A stretch of 64,000 nucleotides of DNA from assembly GCA_965197525.1 (NCBI GenBank), contig OZ240211.1, positions 1,344,001 through 1,408,000 on the forward strand. Direction: 5' to 3'. Shown here piece after piece: positions 31,231-42,136 of the stretch. Position numbers and translations under genes: made by a program. The number at the start of each line of letters is the position of its first letter. Position 1 is the stretch's first letter. A model generated the notes under the pieces. The model saw only the letters and a program-made list of their open reading frames with translations. It was not told where the DNA came from and made no database searches. Source of the stretch: Nitrosopumilus sp. GTDB taxonomy: Archaea; Thermoproteota; Nitrososphaeria; Nitrososphaerales; Nitrosopumilaceae.

Positions 31231-31478
31231 AGATTTTAGATCTAAATTCGTAATTTATAATATTCACACAACTATCTGAAAATATTTTCCAAAAAGTATC
31301 AATTCAATACAAAATTTCGCTAACTGTTAGAAGATCAGATTCTTATACCAAATATTCATGTATGCTCCTATTACTACTATTGCTATCTACTAACACAGCA
31401 GACCCCGCAGAATAATGACTTGTCATACGATGCTATGAATTGAGGAAATCTCTTTTAAAGTTCTGCTATGTTGTGGGT

Positions 31479-31925
31479 TTACATCCCTTCATTCTCTAAA
31501 ATGATCACTGATACTGAGCCATTGGTCTCACCGTTTGGATCAACTGTAACTGTGATCTCTTGCGTCTCTGGAATTGTAATGTTGTCTTCTCCACCGTACT
31601 CCCAAGTGTAATATTCTGAGATCTCAGTTTGATGTAAAGTGCCTACTAGTTTGAACTCTTCTGAAAAATCAAATGTATCACCACGTAGAGTTATTGTCAT
31701 GATTTGTGGACTGCTTCCATTTGGCACAAATATAAATTTGTACTGCCCTTCTTTTGCAGTAAATACACTAGTATAGATTCCATCAACATATAATTGAGGA
31801 TCAGCCAATGTTGCATGAAATACTGTATTGCCTCTTTTTTCAAGCGGTGAGCTAGATAACGAACCTATTAGGAATATTCCAGCTATGACGACGATTGGTA
31901 CTATCACCATTATCTTCTTATTCAT
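31479..31925 (-). CDS. Membrane-anchored or secreted hypothetical protein
   Basis: N-terminal hydrophobic anchor; FHATLADP; beta-rich. Confidence 0.6.
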   Translation of the reverse strand: MNKKIMVIVPIVVIAGIFLIGSLSSSPLEKRGNTVFHATLADPQLYVDGIYTSVFTAKEGQYKFIFVPNGSSPQIMTITLRGDTFDFSEEFKLVGTLHQTEISEYYTWEYGGEDNITIPETQEITVTVDPNGETNGSVSVIILENEGM

Positions 31926-32310
31926 TCTTGAAACATTCTTGCTTTATCTATTATAAAAATATCTGTACTGCCGCTCCAGTTTACTGGTGTGTAAATGGAG
32001 TTAAATTGCATACCGTATTATGCTCACTACATCAGACACAACATGGATCCCAAAGATCGATTACATTACTATACCAAATACATACATACATGCAGGAAAT
32101 AGAGGTGGATATCAAATTACTCTTGTCAGATAGTATCCCTATAACTTGTATGTCCTAACACTACTACGCGTACATGTTAGTAGAGTGTCTATATGACGAT
32201 ATTCAAACCATTCTTGAAAATTGTTTTGATATATTCTTGTTAATTATTTTTAGTTTAATACTGATCTTTTTTTACATATTATATTAACTATCTATTTCAA
32301 AAACAAAACC

Positions 32311-32973
32311 ATGGCTAATCTGTCTGACAAATGGTCTCAACCTCCACCAAGACCAAGCATATCTGAGAAGATCAGCGATACAATCAAACCAAAAGGAGCT
32401 TTAAAACCACGAGTGCAAGAGGGAATCAAGAGATTACGAGCACAGATAACCAAATTAGATTCAATGCTAACACACTTACAAGAACGCGACGCAAAACTAT
32501 TTCAACGAATTGTAGATGCTACACAAAAGCACGACACTCATAACGCTAAAATTCTTGGAAATGAACTAGCTGAAATAAGAAAAGTCACAAAGATCTTAGG
32601 TAGTGCAAGAATAGCATTGGAACAAATTGAGTTACGACTAGTTACATGCAACGATCTAGGCGATACTATAGTGACCATCATGCCAACTATGGGGTTGATG
32701 AAGAGCCTAACATCCTCGCTTGGACGAGTGATGCCTGGTGCTGAACAAGAGATTGGCCAGATGGCAAGCATGCTTGGTAGTTTCATGACTGAAAGTTTCC
32801 TAGGAGATTCAGAGTTTGGTGTTGATGCATCCACTAATGAAGAGTCTGAGAGTATCCTAAGGGAAGCAGCTGCTGTTGCAGAAAGTTCTACAAATGAGAT
32901 GTTCCCTTCTGTTCCTACGGATCCCCAAAAAACAGGTACTGCAACCAGTAATCCTGCCTCAAAATTCATGTAA
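32311..32973 (+). CDS. ESCRT-III/Snf7-family protein (CdvB paralogue)
   Basis: Coiled coil RLRAQITKLD...NELAEIRK...LEQIELRL...LGDTIV. Confidence 0.85.
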   Translation: MANLSDKWSQPPPRPSISEKISDTIKPKGALKPRVQEGIKRLRAQITKLDSMLTHLQERDAKLFQRIVDATQKHDTHNAKILGNELAEIRKVTKILGSARIALEQIELRLVTCNDLGDTIVTIMPTMGLMKSLTSSLGRVMPGAEQEIGQMASMLGSFMTESFLGDSEFGVDASTNEESESILREAAAVAESSTNEMFPSVPTDPQKTGTATSNPASKFM

Positions 32974-33083
32974 TTTTGATACTCTAGTCATATGACAAGC
33001 TTGTTATCGAAATTTTTCTATTTTATAATAAATATACAACTAATCCTGTTTGCATAAACTTCATATACATTTTCAAAACAGCA

Positions 33084-33284
33084 TTGAACATGACCTCTAA
33101 AGCTATTACAGTCGGTGTTGGTATTCCAATGATTATAGTAGGCGCCTTGATGGTATGGCTATGGGCTCCCGTAGCTGAAGATCTTCAAAACCAAGTTGAA
33201 CTTGTGGGGGGCACTATCGGGATTTTGGGAGTAGTATTCTTTGTTGCGGGATTATTTTATACAAAAGAACCCATAATGCATTGA
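33084..33284 (+). CDS. Small two-TM membrane protein
   Basis: 66-aa ORF with two hydrophobic helices. Confidence 0.6.
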   Translation: MNMTSKAITVGVGIPMIIVGALMVWLWAPVAEDLQNQVELVGGTIGILGVVFFVAGLFYTKEPIMH

Positions 33285-33326
33285 AAAGTCACTAATTAAA
33301 TAATGATAAAACGTTTGTGTTGTTAG

Positions 33327-34040
33327 TTGAAAGTCCGACTATTTGAGATATTTACATCAGTTGAAGGCGAGGGTATTCTTTATGGAACAAAGACTCTCTT
33401 TGTACGATTGGCAGGATGCCCCTTTACCTGTTTTTATTGTGACACCAAAGAGACTCTTCCGCTTGATTCAGGTACTGAATATACAATTGATGACGCCACT
33501 CGTCTGATTGACTGTAGCCTAAAAAACTATACTTACAAAGTTAATTTTACAGGAGGCGATCCGCTGATTCAACACGAAGCAGTGGCATTACTTGCAAAAC
33601 ACATTCAAGATAAAAACATCCCAACATATCTTGAATCATCATGCTTTGACATTGACCGATTTAATCACGTCTTACCATTCATTGATATTGTTAAAATTGA
33701 ATTCAAAACCAAAGATTCCGATTTTGTTGTTTCAAAACATTATGCAAAATTCATCAAACACACTATGAAATGTCTTCAATCCTCAATTGATACCAAAAAA
33801 ACCACATTTATCAAAATCGTAGTTAGCTCAAAAACCCAACTTGGAGAATTTAAAAGATTGGTAAAAGAGATATTCGATATTGCTACAAACCACAACATTG
33901 ATGGATTTGTCATTCAGCCCACATATGGTATATCTGAACCTTCATTAGATCATCTATTACGTTTGTATGATGTGGTCTATCCATATTACAGCAACGTAAA
34001 AGTAGTTCCTCAATTGCACAAACTGATTGATGCCCCATGA
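33327..34040 (+). CDS. queE: 7-carboxy-7-deazaguanine synthase (radical SAM)
   Basis: EIFTSVEGEG, FVRLAGCPFTCFYCDT, FTGGDPL, PQLHK. Confidence 0.9.
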   Translation: MKVRLFEIFTSVEGEGILYGTKTLFVRLAGCPFTCFYCDTKETLPLDSGTEYTIDDATRLIDCSLKNYTYKVNFTGGDPLIQHEAVALLAKHIQDKNIPTYLESSCFDIDRFNHVLPFIDIVKIEFKTKDSDFVVSKHYAKFIKHTMKCLQSSIDTKKTTFIKIVVSSKTQLGEFKRLVKEIFDIATNHNIDGFVIQPTYGISEPSLDHLLRLYDVVYPYYSNVKVVPQLHKLIDAP

Positions 34041-34108
34041 TCTGGACTAGCACTTATGTTCCCTGTTGATTAGATTCAAATACTAGAAAAACCACATGTG
34101 ACTATAAG

Positions 34109-34669
34109 ATGGATAACGAACGCGTAAAAAAACTCATTAGAGAATTAATAATCGAGGTTGGAGAGGATCCTACCCGCGAAGGGCTACGAGAGACACCTCA
34201 ACGAATTGCAGATATGTACCGTGAAATTTTTGGTGGATATGATTCTGATTCAGAGCTATCTGTGCAATTCTCAGAGGATTCTGATACAGTTATTGCTCGT
34301 GACATTCAGTTTTACTCCATGTGTGAGCACCACATGTTACCATTCTTTGGAAAAATTCACATTGCCTATTCACCAAACGGTAGAGTCTTTGGAATATCAA
34401 AACTTGTTAGACTAGTTGAGAAATATTCAAAGAGACTCCAAATTCAGGAGCGGTTGACTAAAAATATTGCAGATGAGCTGTATTCTCAAGGTGTAAAAGG
34501 CGTTGTCGTCTTAGTCGACGCAGAGCATCTTTGTATGAAGATGCGTGGTGTCAAAAATGACGCAACACTCTCGTCATCAGCATTCAGAGGAATCTATGAA
34601 AGTAAAGAAGAAAAATCAAGTATCATATCACTTGTACGAAGACGCTCATTGGACGCTGCTACCTTTTGA
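34109..34669 (+). CDS. folE: GTP cyclohydrolase I
   Basis: REGLRETPQR, SMCEHH, LQIQERLT, AEHLCMKMRG. Confidence 0.95.
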   Translation: MDNERVKKLIRELIIEVGEDPTREGLRETPQRIADMYREIFGGYDSDSELSVQFSEDSDTVIARDIQFYSMCEHHMLPFFGKIHIAYSPNGRVFGISKLVRLVEKYSKRLQIQERLTKNIADELYSQGVKGVVVLVDAEHLCMKMRGVKNDATLSSSAFRGIYESKEEKSSIISLVRRRSLDAATF

Positions 34670-34714
34670 GCACAATCCTGAAAAATTAAATAATCAATAT
34701 TTTTTGATATAGCC

Positions 34715-34966
34715 ATGGGAGCAAATCCATATGTTCATATTCCAAAAGAATCTTGGCCAAGTTGGACATGGTATGCAATCGAATGCATCATTGTAATTGC
34801 AATTTCTATGGGAGTGTCAAGTCAAATCACTGACTCTATTGAAGGGCTTACACCTGAAATACAGAATTATGTGTTTATGGGAATTGTGGGTGGCTTTTTT
34901 CTGGCTTGGTATATTGGAATTAGAGGCTTTATTCTCAAAAAGAAGATTCTTAGAAACAAGTACTAA
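34715..34966 (+). CDS. Small membrane protein
   Basis: 83-aa ORF with two TM helices. Confidence 0.65.
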   Translation: MGANPYVHIPKESWPSWTWYAIECIIVIAISMGVSSQITDSIEGLTPEIQNYVFMGIVGGFFLAWYIGIRGFILKKKILRNKY

Positions 34967-34968
34967 AA

Positions 34969-35652
34969 CTATTTGAGATATTTTGTTTTATCATTCATTT
35001 CTGCGTCTTTGAATGCCCTCTTTCTATTATTACAAGATTCACATACCCCGCAATGGTATTCTTTACTAGAATAACAACTCCATGTTTTAAAGATAGAATT
35101 ACCTAAAGTCTCTAGTCCAATATGTAACAGATCACTCTTTGATAATCCTTTATAGTATGGTGACCACAGCTCTATCTTCTTTCGTAATTTTGATTTGATT
35201 CCATCTATCTCTCCTTGGTTTAGTGCAGATTCTAGTTTCTTTGCAAACGACGGTCTACAGTCAGGGTAATTCTTGTCTCCTATGTGAGCACCATACACAA
35301 CTAGTTCTGCGTCAAGCGTAAAGGCCCATGCAGTAGCTATTGACAAAAATACGGCATTTCTAATTGGGACTACAATTGAGTATTCAAACGTGCTAGGAAT
35401 CTTTCTTTTGGTACTAGTCAAGACATTAGAGTCGCCATACAGCTCTTTCATGAAACCAATATCAACTATCTTGTGTTGTTTTAATCCTATTTTTTTTGCA
35501 AAAGATTTTGCAGATTTAATCTCTCTATCTGCTTTTTGTCCATATGAGAATGTTATTCCATACAATTCGTACTTTGTTTTCAAGTACGACGCTGTACATA
35601 CAGAATCAATCCCTCCACTAAAAACAACAACCGCCTTCTTTTTCCTCATCAT
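34969..35652 (-). CDS. queC: 7-cyano-7-deazaguanine synthase
   Basis: FSGGIDS, SYGQ, VVPIRN, YPDCRP, TWSCY...CGVCESC. Confidence 0.95.
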   Translation of the reverse strand: MMRKKKAVVVFSGGIDSVCTASYLKTKYELYGITFSYGQKADREIKSAKSFAKKIGLKQHKIVDIGFMKELYGDSNVLTSTKRKIPSTFEYSIVVPIRNAVFLSIATAWAFTLDAELVVYGAHIGDKNYPDCRPSFAKKLESALNQGEIDGIKSKLRKKIELWSPYYKGLSKSDLLHIGLETLGNSIFKTWSCYSSKEYHCGVCESCNNRKRAFKDAEMNDKTKYLK

Positions 35653-35664
35653 CCATATCTCTCA

Positions 35665-36585
35665 TTATATCACACATGCGCCATCACTTGGCTTGCAAAT
35701 TATTCTACGAGATTGTATATTTACTGCAGTAAATCCTCTTCTCATAGCTGAGCTAATCCGTTTCAAATTAGCAGAGCTATCTGAAAATGCAATTACTGAA
35801 GGCCCTGCTCCACTTATTGTAACACCTAATGCCCCTGCCTTGATGGCCCCTTCTTTAACTTTGGTAAATCCTGGAATCATACGTTGTCGTGCAGGCTCTA
35901 CTATTTTATCCCTTATCGAACTTCCAATCAACTGAGAATCTTTAGTCATGAATCCTACTATCATTGTAGACGCATTTGATAAATTTACAACACTATCCTC
36001 GAACTTTATCTTTTTTGGGATTAGACTCCTTGACATCTCTGTCTTCTTTTTTGGAACTTGAATTGTTGGAACTGCAATACACATTCTAAGATCTGATGGT
36101 GGTTTTATCCTTACTACATTCAAGGGATCAGTCTTTACAATTACAAAACCTCCTAGAACAGAAGCTGCAACATTATCATAGTGAACTGTACCTGCACTTG
36201 CCTGTTCTCCAATACCTGCAAATTCTACCAAAGCATTTCTACCCAGTTTTAATCCAAATAACTTGTTAAATGCCACCGCTGTTGCAGCAGCTGATGCAGC
36301 ACTACTACCCATTCCAAATCCTGGTGGCACCCCTTTCTTGATTTTAATCTCTACACCTTTTTTTATCTTAAACTCTTCTCTCATACTTTTTGCAACAAGT
36401 CCTGCTGTATTCTTTTCTGGATTTGTTGGAATCTCATCATTAGAAATAATTGTGATATCTTCTTGATCCGTTTTAGTTAATGTAATTGTATCGTAAAATG
36501 CATCAACTGCTAATCCAAATACATCAAATCCCGGACCTAAATTTGCAGTAGATGACGGTGCCCTGACTGTTATCTTTGATACCAA
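35665..36585 (-). CDS. thrB: Homoserine kinase
   Basis: APSSTANLGPGFD, GMGSSAAS, HYDNV, ISGAGPS. Confidence 0.95.
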   Translation of the reverse strand: MVSKITVRAPSSTANLGPGFDVFGLAVDAFYDTITLTKTDQEDITIISNDEIPTNPEKNTAGLVAKSMREEFKIKKGVEIKIKKGVPPGFGMGSSAASAAATAVAFNKLFGLKLGRNALVEFAGIGEQASAGTVHYDNVAASVLGGFVIVKTDPLNVVRIKPPSDLRMCIAVPTIQVPKKKTEMSRSLIPKKIKFEDSVVNLSNASTMIVGFMTKDSQLIGSSIRDKIVEPARQRMIPGFTKVKEGAIKAGALGVTISGAGPSVIAFSDSSANLKRISSAMRRGFTAVNIQSRRIICKPSDGACVI

Positions 36586-36591
36586 CTGCTT

Positions 36592-37344
36592 CTATACCTC
36601 CTCTCCCAAGTTAAGAATCCTGCTCAGTGCACCTTCAAGATTAACAAACCCTTCTTCTGTAACATTTGATATAGGGATCAACCCCTGCGCAAATCCTCCT
36701 AGATTCAAACCTCGTAAAATGTTTGTAGTCAACGAATAACTCTCGCCATCTGCCTCTTTTGCAATAGCGTTCTCTAATGTCTTCAGACTAGTTGACCATC
36801 GCAGAATATTTTTTGTCTCTTCCCTGATGAGATCTGTCTTTGTTAGGACGTTGATAGTGGGAAGATTTAGACGCAGCCTTACTGATGTAGCCAAAAGCGC
36901 AATTGAGACAAAATTTACTGGTCTAGTAATTAACGCACCATCAAAGAGAAAGACATTTGTCTTTTCATCCGATGAGATATTTTCAACTATAAAGCTCCCA
37001 CTAGAACGGTATGCAAATAGCTCAATCTGGCCAGGAGCATCAATAATCAAGTAATCTGGATTTACTTGATTTATCTCATTTTGTATATCATCAATCTTTG
37101 ATGCAATGAGATCAGTTGCTATTACCATTGCACCGTTTGGTCCAAGCTCGTACTGCTGCATGATGGATACATAATCTACATAATCTCTGACGTCTATATC
37201 ACAAGTATAAGGAAGATTATCTACACCAGGATCCAAGTTTAGAATAGACGCAAATACTTCATTTTTTGTATAATGTTCGTACAGTTTTGATGAAAGTAAT
37301 GATTTTCCTGATCCAGCAGTTCCTGAAACAAAAATTGACTTCAA
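36592..37344 (-). CDS. GPN-loop GTPase
   Basis: GTAGSGKS, NLDPG, LGPNG, DAPGQIE, TKTD. Confidence 0.9.
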   Translation of the reverse strand: MKSIFVSGTAGSGKSLLSSKLYEHYTKNEVFASILNLDPGVDNLPYTCDIDVRDYVDYVSIMQQYELGPNGAMVIATDLIASKIDDIQNEINQVNPDYLIIDAPGQIELFAYRSSGSFIVENISSDEKTNVFLFDGALITRPVNFVSIALLATSVRLRLNLPTINVLTKTDLIREETKNILRWSTSLKTLENAIAKEADGESYSLTTNILRGLNLGGFAQGLIPISNVTEEGFVNLEGALSRILNLGEEV

Positions 37345-37621
37345 TCCACCTAGCTTTTTTATCTGCTAGTATTTCAAACTAGCTTACTGCGTATCTCTGA
37401 GCATTAGATTGTGCTTGCTCTTCTTTGTTTCTTTGATTCCTCACTTGCATTCAAACTGCTTCAAATAAAGTTCTCACTTTAAGACTTGTTTTGGCATAAA
37501 ATTACATCAAATTCTCAATTTATTCATAATGCATCAAATAATACCTTTGATTGATATACTCAATTAATTTTATTGCACGCCTGATTTTGTGTATTCTTGA
37601 TAATTTTCTCAACTTTCATAT

Positions 37622-38659
37622 TTGTATGATTTGAAAAATTATCAAATGAACTGGAGATTCGTAGCTATTCCCATCACTTTAATTCCCATCTTTATCATTG
37701 CTATCCAATTCGACATTCAATTAGATGACGTGCTAGCCATTGGATTATTTCCATTTATTGGCGCAGTTGTAGCAATGATGATAAAACTCGGCCTACAAGG
37801 AGTCAAATTTGCATATATAGCAAGAAAATATCTTGGCAGCTTTGATTCCTTCTTTAAGCTTGTTGGCGTCCGTGTTGGTAGCGAATTCATTAAATTTACT
37901 ACGCCTATGTTCATTGGAGCCGAGTTTATCGTAATCTATTATTTACATAAAAAAGGAGCAAAACCAGCACAATCTACATGGATTGCAATTCTGGACATTG
38001 TAACTGAGGTGCTAGCTGCAGGCCTTCTATCGATAATGGCAGGTATTCTTGCACTACTAAATGGTGCATATGTAGTTGCAGCAGTTGTCTTGGGTACTAG
38101 CATTACTGTAACAGCTCTGTGGATGATAATGTTCTTCCTGTCATCCAAACGTACGTTCCAAGTTCCACAGATATTGGCTACTATTGGAAGAAAATTCGGA
38201 AAAGCCAAAGGAGCCAAACTCGTTGATCAGACGAATGTTTGGATGGAGGAAATGTGTACAATGAGTAGGAAAAATTTGAAAACTCCTGAATCCAAGAAGA
38301 TCTTTACAGTATCATTTTTAATCTCACTTGTATCGTGGTCATTTTATGGAATTTCATTTATGATTATTGCATTTGGAACTGGATTTGTAATTAACGCATT
38401 TGATTCTATTATGGCAGTCATGGGTGCCAATGCAATCGGAAATCTACCAATCACAATAGGCGGTTCTGGTTTAGCTGAGTTTGGAATTATTGCATACATT
38501 AACAACTTGGATCCGTTTGCCTTTGAAGTTTCAGAAGGAATACTTGCTTGGGATGCAGTTATTGGATGGCGAATTGCTACGTACTATGTTCCCATTATAA
38601 TCACATGGCTACTTTTAGTTAAACTAGCTCTGAGTAAAATTCCTAAAACCAAATCGTAA
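37622..38659 (+). CDS. Lysylphosphatidylglycerol synthase TM-domain / flippase-like membrane protein
   Basis: Multi-TM; FTTPMFIGAE, PITIGGSGLAE, GWRIATYY. Confidence 0.8.
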   Translation: MYDLKNYQMNWRFVAIPITLIPIFIIAIQFDIQLDDVLAIGLFPFIGAVVAMMIKLGLQGVKFAYIARKYLGSFDSFFKLVGVRVGSEFIKFTTPMFIGAEFIVIYYLHKKGAKPAQSTWIAILDIVTEVLAAGLLSIMAGILALLNGAYVVAAVVLGTSITVTALWMIMFFLSSKRTFQVPQILATIGRKFGKAKGAKLVDQTNVWMEEMCTMSRKNLKTPESKKIFTVSFLISLVSWSFYGISFMIIAFGTGFVINAFDSIMAVMGANAIGNLPITIGGSGLAEFGIIAYINNLDPFAFEVSEGILAWDAVIGWRIATYYVPIIITWLLLVKLALSKIPKTKS

Positions 38660-39001
38660 TCATTCATTTTATAGAGCCAGTCTCTATATTTTTTGGTAAT
38701 TATCCCACATATTTGGCATTACAAACTGTGATAATTTTTGCACCGTGAATACAGGCTTTTCTTTACGTATAACATGTAATTTTGTTGTCCTACTATATCA
38801 CCCAGTTAATGCTCTTCTAATATAAGAGATCTGCATCATATGATGTCAGTATAATTTAGATATTCTTCACTAAATGTCCTACTTGCATCTTATCTCACTG
38901 TTTTTTCTCATTTTTACTAATGCTAGGTTGGATTCGCATTCAACCTAATCTTTTACAACTCTATAGATTTTTAATCAATTAATTTTTCTACACTATTAAT
39001 C

Positions 39002-39583
39002 ATGATTATTGTAATTGAAGGTGGAGATCAAGCAGGCAAGTTCACACAAGCAACTCTACTCTACAAGGCATTAACAAAGAACAAGATATCTGCCAAATTA
39101 TTCCATTTCCCTGATTATAAAACACCGATAGGCAAGAAGATTAAACAGTATTTAGATGGAAAACAGGCATTCCCTCCCCAAGTAATTCATTGCTTATTAT
39201 CTGCAAATAGATGGGAGAGACTTTCTGATATTTTAGCAGCTAAAAAAAATAACTCTATTCTGATCATGAATAGGTACTATCATTCAAATCTGGTTTACGG
39301 TAAAGCCAATGGTTTGGCACAGAAGTGGCTTGAGAATTTAGATGACGGCCTTCCAAAACCTGATCTCGTTATTTTACTTGATATCACACAAAAAGATTCA
39401 TTTCATAGACAAAAGACTCGTAGAGATAAATTCGAAAAAAACACAGAGTTTTCAAAAAAAATATCCAGAATCTATAAAACTATTGCAAAGAAAAACCACT
39501 GGAGCATAATTGATGCATCACAATCAAGAGAAGAGGTTCACTACGAAATTTTAAATGTACTCTCAAGAAAATTAGGCTTATGA
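39002..39583 (+). CDS. tmk: Thymidylate kinase
   Basis: IEGGDQAGKFTQ, FPDYKT, ANRWE, NRYYHS, PDLVILLD. Confidence 0.93.
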   Translation: MIIVIEGGDQAGKFTQATLLYKALTKNKISAKLFHFPDYKTPIGKKIKQYLDGKQAFPPQVIHCLLSANRWERLSDILAAKKNNSILIMNRYYHSNLVYGKANGLAQKWLENLDDGLPKPDLVILLDITQKDSFHRQKTRRDKFEKNTEFSKKISRIYKTIAKKNHWSIIDASQSREEVHYEILNVLSRKLGL

Positions 39584-40815
39584 AAAAAAAGTATTTGAAC
39601 ATTATTGATCCTATTCATGATTTTATTCAGATCTATGACCACGAATTACCGATAATTAATCACTCTGTCTTTCAACGACTGCGGCGTATACGACAACTCA
39701 GTAGCGCTCATCTAATATATCCCGGAGCTCATCATACAAGATTTGAACATTCGCTGGGTGTTATGCATATTGCAGGCCAAGTAGGTCACATACTACATGA
39801 CAAAGAGATCTTTAAACTAGATGACATCAAAATGCTTCGTCTAGCTGGCCTCTTACATGATGTTGGCCATGGACCGTTCTCTCACATATTCGAGGAGATA
39901 ACTTTGAAAAATAAAATCTCACATGAAGATATTACCAAAGAAATTATCTTAAAATCTGAAATTGGGGATATTCTATCAAAAAACGGATTCGACAAAAAAT
40001 TTATTGCTAAATTATCCGTAGGAGAATCAAAACACCAGTACCTAAATGAAATCATTTCAGGTGTTCTAAGTGCTGATATGATGGATTATCTCAAACGTGA
40101 TGGATATTTTACAGGCGCAGAACATGCCAAAATTGATCATAAAAGAATTATCCAATCACTTGTTGTCTACAAAAAGAGACTAGCATTGGAGCGTTCAGCA
40201 TTATCTTCTTTTGAATCCATGATGTATTCCAGATATCAGATGTTCAAGACAGTATATTTTCATAAAAGTGTGCGAGCCACAGAAGTCATGCTAATTGAAG
40301 CACTAAAGTCATCAAACGACGTGTTTAATTTTTCATCTTTTAATCTTGATGAATTTCTTAAACTTACTGATGAGTATGTCTTGTCTGCTATCTTGTTATC
40401 GAAATCTCCAAAAATAAAACACGCCCAACAATTTGTAAATTATTATCATGATAGAAAATTGCTAAAATGTGTATTTGAAAAAACCTTTACTAGGCATAGC
40501 AATCTCTCGGCAACTCCGACTGACCAACTACGTACAGAACTCTCTAAACGTTCAAAGATAGATGAATCTGAAATTTTTATAGATAACTCTATCACTTCAT
40601 CCATTCCTTTAGCACCCTCTAAAAATGAATCAAAAAGTATAGTTCTGGTCAATAATAAAGATGGCAAATTATCAGCAACTGAGATGGAAATATCTAGAAT
40701 ATCACTCATCTCCTCAATGTCTGGATTTATGAACATACTACGTGTATTTACTTTTGAAAAACACAAGAAAAAAGTTGAAATTGCAGCAAAATCACTGTTT
40801 GGTGAATCAAGATGA
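39580..40815 (+). CDS. HD-domain phosphohydrolase (SAMHD1/dNTPase-like)
   Basis: [46 protein letters not shown]. Confidence 0.88.
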   Translation: MKKKYLNIIDPIHDFIQIYDHELPIINHSVFQRLRRIRQLSSAHLIYPGAHHTRFEHSLGVMHIAGQVGHILHDKEIFKLDDIKMLRLAGLLHDVGHGPFSHIFEEITLKNKISHEDITKEIILKSEIGDILSKNGFDKKFIAKLSVGESKHQYLNEIISGVLSADMMDYLKRDGYFTGAEHAKIDHKRIIQSLVVYKKRLALERSALSSFESMMYSRYQMFKTVYFHKSVRATEVMLIEALKSSNDVFNFSSFNLDEFLKLTDEYVLSAILLSKSPKIKHAQQFVNYYHDRKLLKCVFEKTFTRHSNLSATPTDQLRTELSKRSKIDESEIFIDNSITSSIPLAPSKNESKSIVLVNNKDGKLSATEMEISRISLISSMSGFMNILRVFTFEKHKKKVEIAAKSLFGESR

Positions 40816-41495
40816 AAAAACTAGTTGTCATTAAATTATCCGGAAGGGTTTTTGGAATAGATAACATCAAAATTCTAAAAGACTATGCAAAATTTCTAAT
40901 AAAAATCAGCAAGATATGTCAACCGATTATCGTTGCAGGTGGTGGCACCATCGCACGACATTACATATCTCATGCAAGATCTTCTGGTGCTGATGAGTCG
41001 ACTCTTGACGAATTGGGAATAGAAATTTCCAGACTTAATGCCAAATTATTGATTTATGCATTGAAGAGTAAGTCTTATTCCCATCCACCCACCACTCTGC
41101 AAGAAGTTAGACACGCAGTTGATGATGGATTAATTGTAGTAGTAGGAGGTTTATACCCTGGTCAAAGTACCAATGGTACTGCCGCACTAATTGCAGAAAA
41201 AATACAAGCCGAACAATTTTTGAATGCAACTGATGTAGATGGCGTGTATGATAGGGATCCTAACAAATTCAAAAAAGCAAAAAAATTCAAACATATCAAC
41301 CTGAAGAATTTAAAAAACATGTTAGTCAAAGAAGATTCCATTGCAGGCGGTTATGATCTGATGGATATTGTTGCTCTCAAAGTCATAGAACGCTCTAAAA
41401 TTAATACAAGAATCTTAAAATCTGATCCAAAGATAATTGAGAGAGCAATCAAAGGTGAGAATGTAGGGACTGAGATAACTTTCTCTACCAAATAA
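40812..41495 (+). CDS. pyrH: UMP kinase
   Basis: [32 protein letters not shown]. Confidence 0.93.
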   Translation: MKKLVVIKLSGRVFGIDNIKILKDYAKFLIKISKICQPIIVAGGGTIARHYISHARSSGADESTLDELGIEISRLNAKLLIYALKSKSYSHPPTTLQEVRHAVDDGLIVVVGGLYPGQSTNGTAALIAEKIQAEQFLNATDVDGVYDRDPNKFKKAKKFKHINLKNLKNMLVKEDSIAGGYDLMDIVALKVIERSKINTRILKSDPKIIERAIKGENVGTEITFSTK

Positions 41496-41500
41496 TTCTA

Positions 41501-41869
41501 CTAGGCGTCATTTTGAATTGTAGGCCTAGTCTCAGACCAAATCTGGATACTCTTTTCTTTATATTCTGACATACCGGAATCTCTTAATTTTTTATAGATT
41601 GATAACGCTTCTTCTTTTGAAACTGCCTTTGACTGTGCTTTTGTAAAGCCGTCGTTATCTACAATTACTGCTACATATCCATCAGGTGAATTAATTACGG
41701 CAGTGTACTCTTCTATACCAACAGGATGGAATTTTCCATCAATCTTTTTAGTTGTCAGAGTTAGCATACTAAATCCAGCAACTTCAAACATCTTCATCTG
41801 TGATTTGCTTGCTCTCTGTTTTCCTTGTTGCATTGCCTGAAAGTACTGCATACTCAGTTTATTTGGCAA
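41501..41869 (-). CDS. Conserved hypothetical protein
   Basis: 122-aa ORF. Confidence 0.65.
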   Translation of the reverse strand: MPNKLSMQYFQAMQQGKQRASKSQMKMFEVAGFSMLTLTTKKIDGKFHPVGIEEYTAVINSPDGYVAVIVDNDGFTKAQSKAVSKEEALSIYKKLRDSGMSEYKEKSIQIWSETRPTIQNDA

Positions 41870-41893
41870 TGATATAATAACTATCTTAACATT

Positions 41894-42101
41894 GGTTCTG
41901 TCGGGTTATCGAGATCTAATGTATTAACTCAAAAATTGGTGTTCTTTTTTTCCAAGTTAACGAGTCAAATCTCGTATTGTTGACTGACATATCGACTATT
42001 TGGATTACCGGTCTGCACGGTTCCAACATTGCATTCTCAAAAGTGAACGACTACGCTTCATTTATGCCACCTTTTTTAGCTCTCGATAACCCGACAGAAC
42101 C
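41894..42101. mobile_element. 208-bp MITE, IS1595-family type
   Basis: 21-bp perfect TIR GGTTCTGTCGGGTTATCGAGA; 8-bp TSD TTAACATT (41886-41893 and 42102-42109); 41985-42069 matches 50624-50708 at 69/85. Confidence 0.88.
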
Positions 42102-42136
42102 TTAACATTTAAGATATCAAAAAGAGATGTAAATTC

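Noticed and set aside
33327-35652. queE-folE-queC as a possible DNA 7-deazaguanine modification (dpd) system
   Set aside because: No dpdA/tgtA5 or other dpd genes are nearby; ordinary preQ0/archaeosine biosynthesis explains it.
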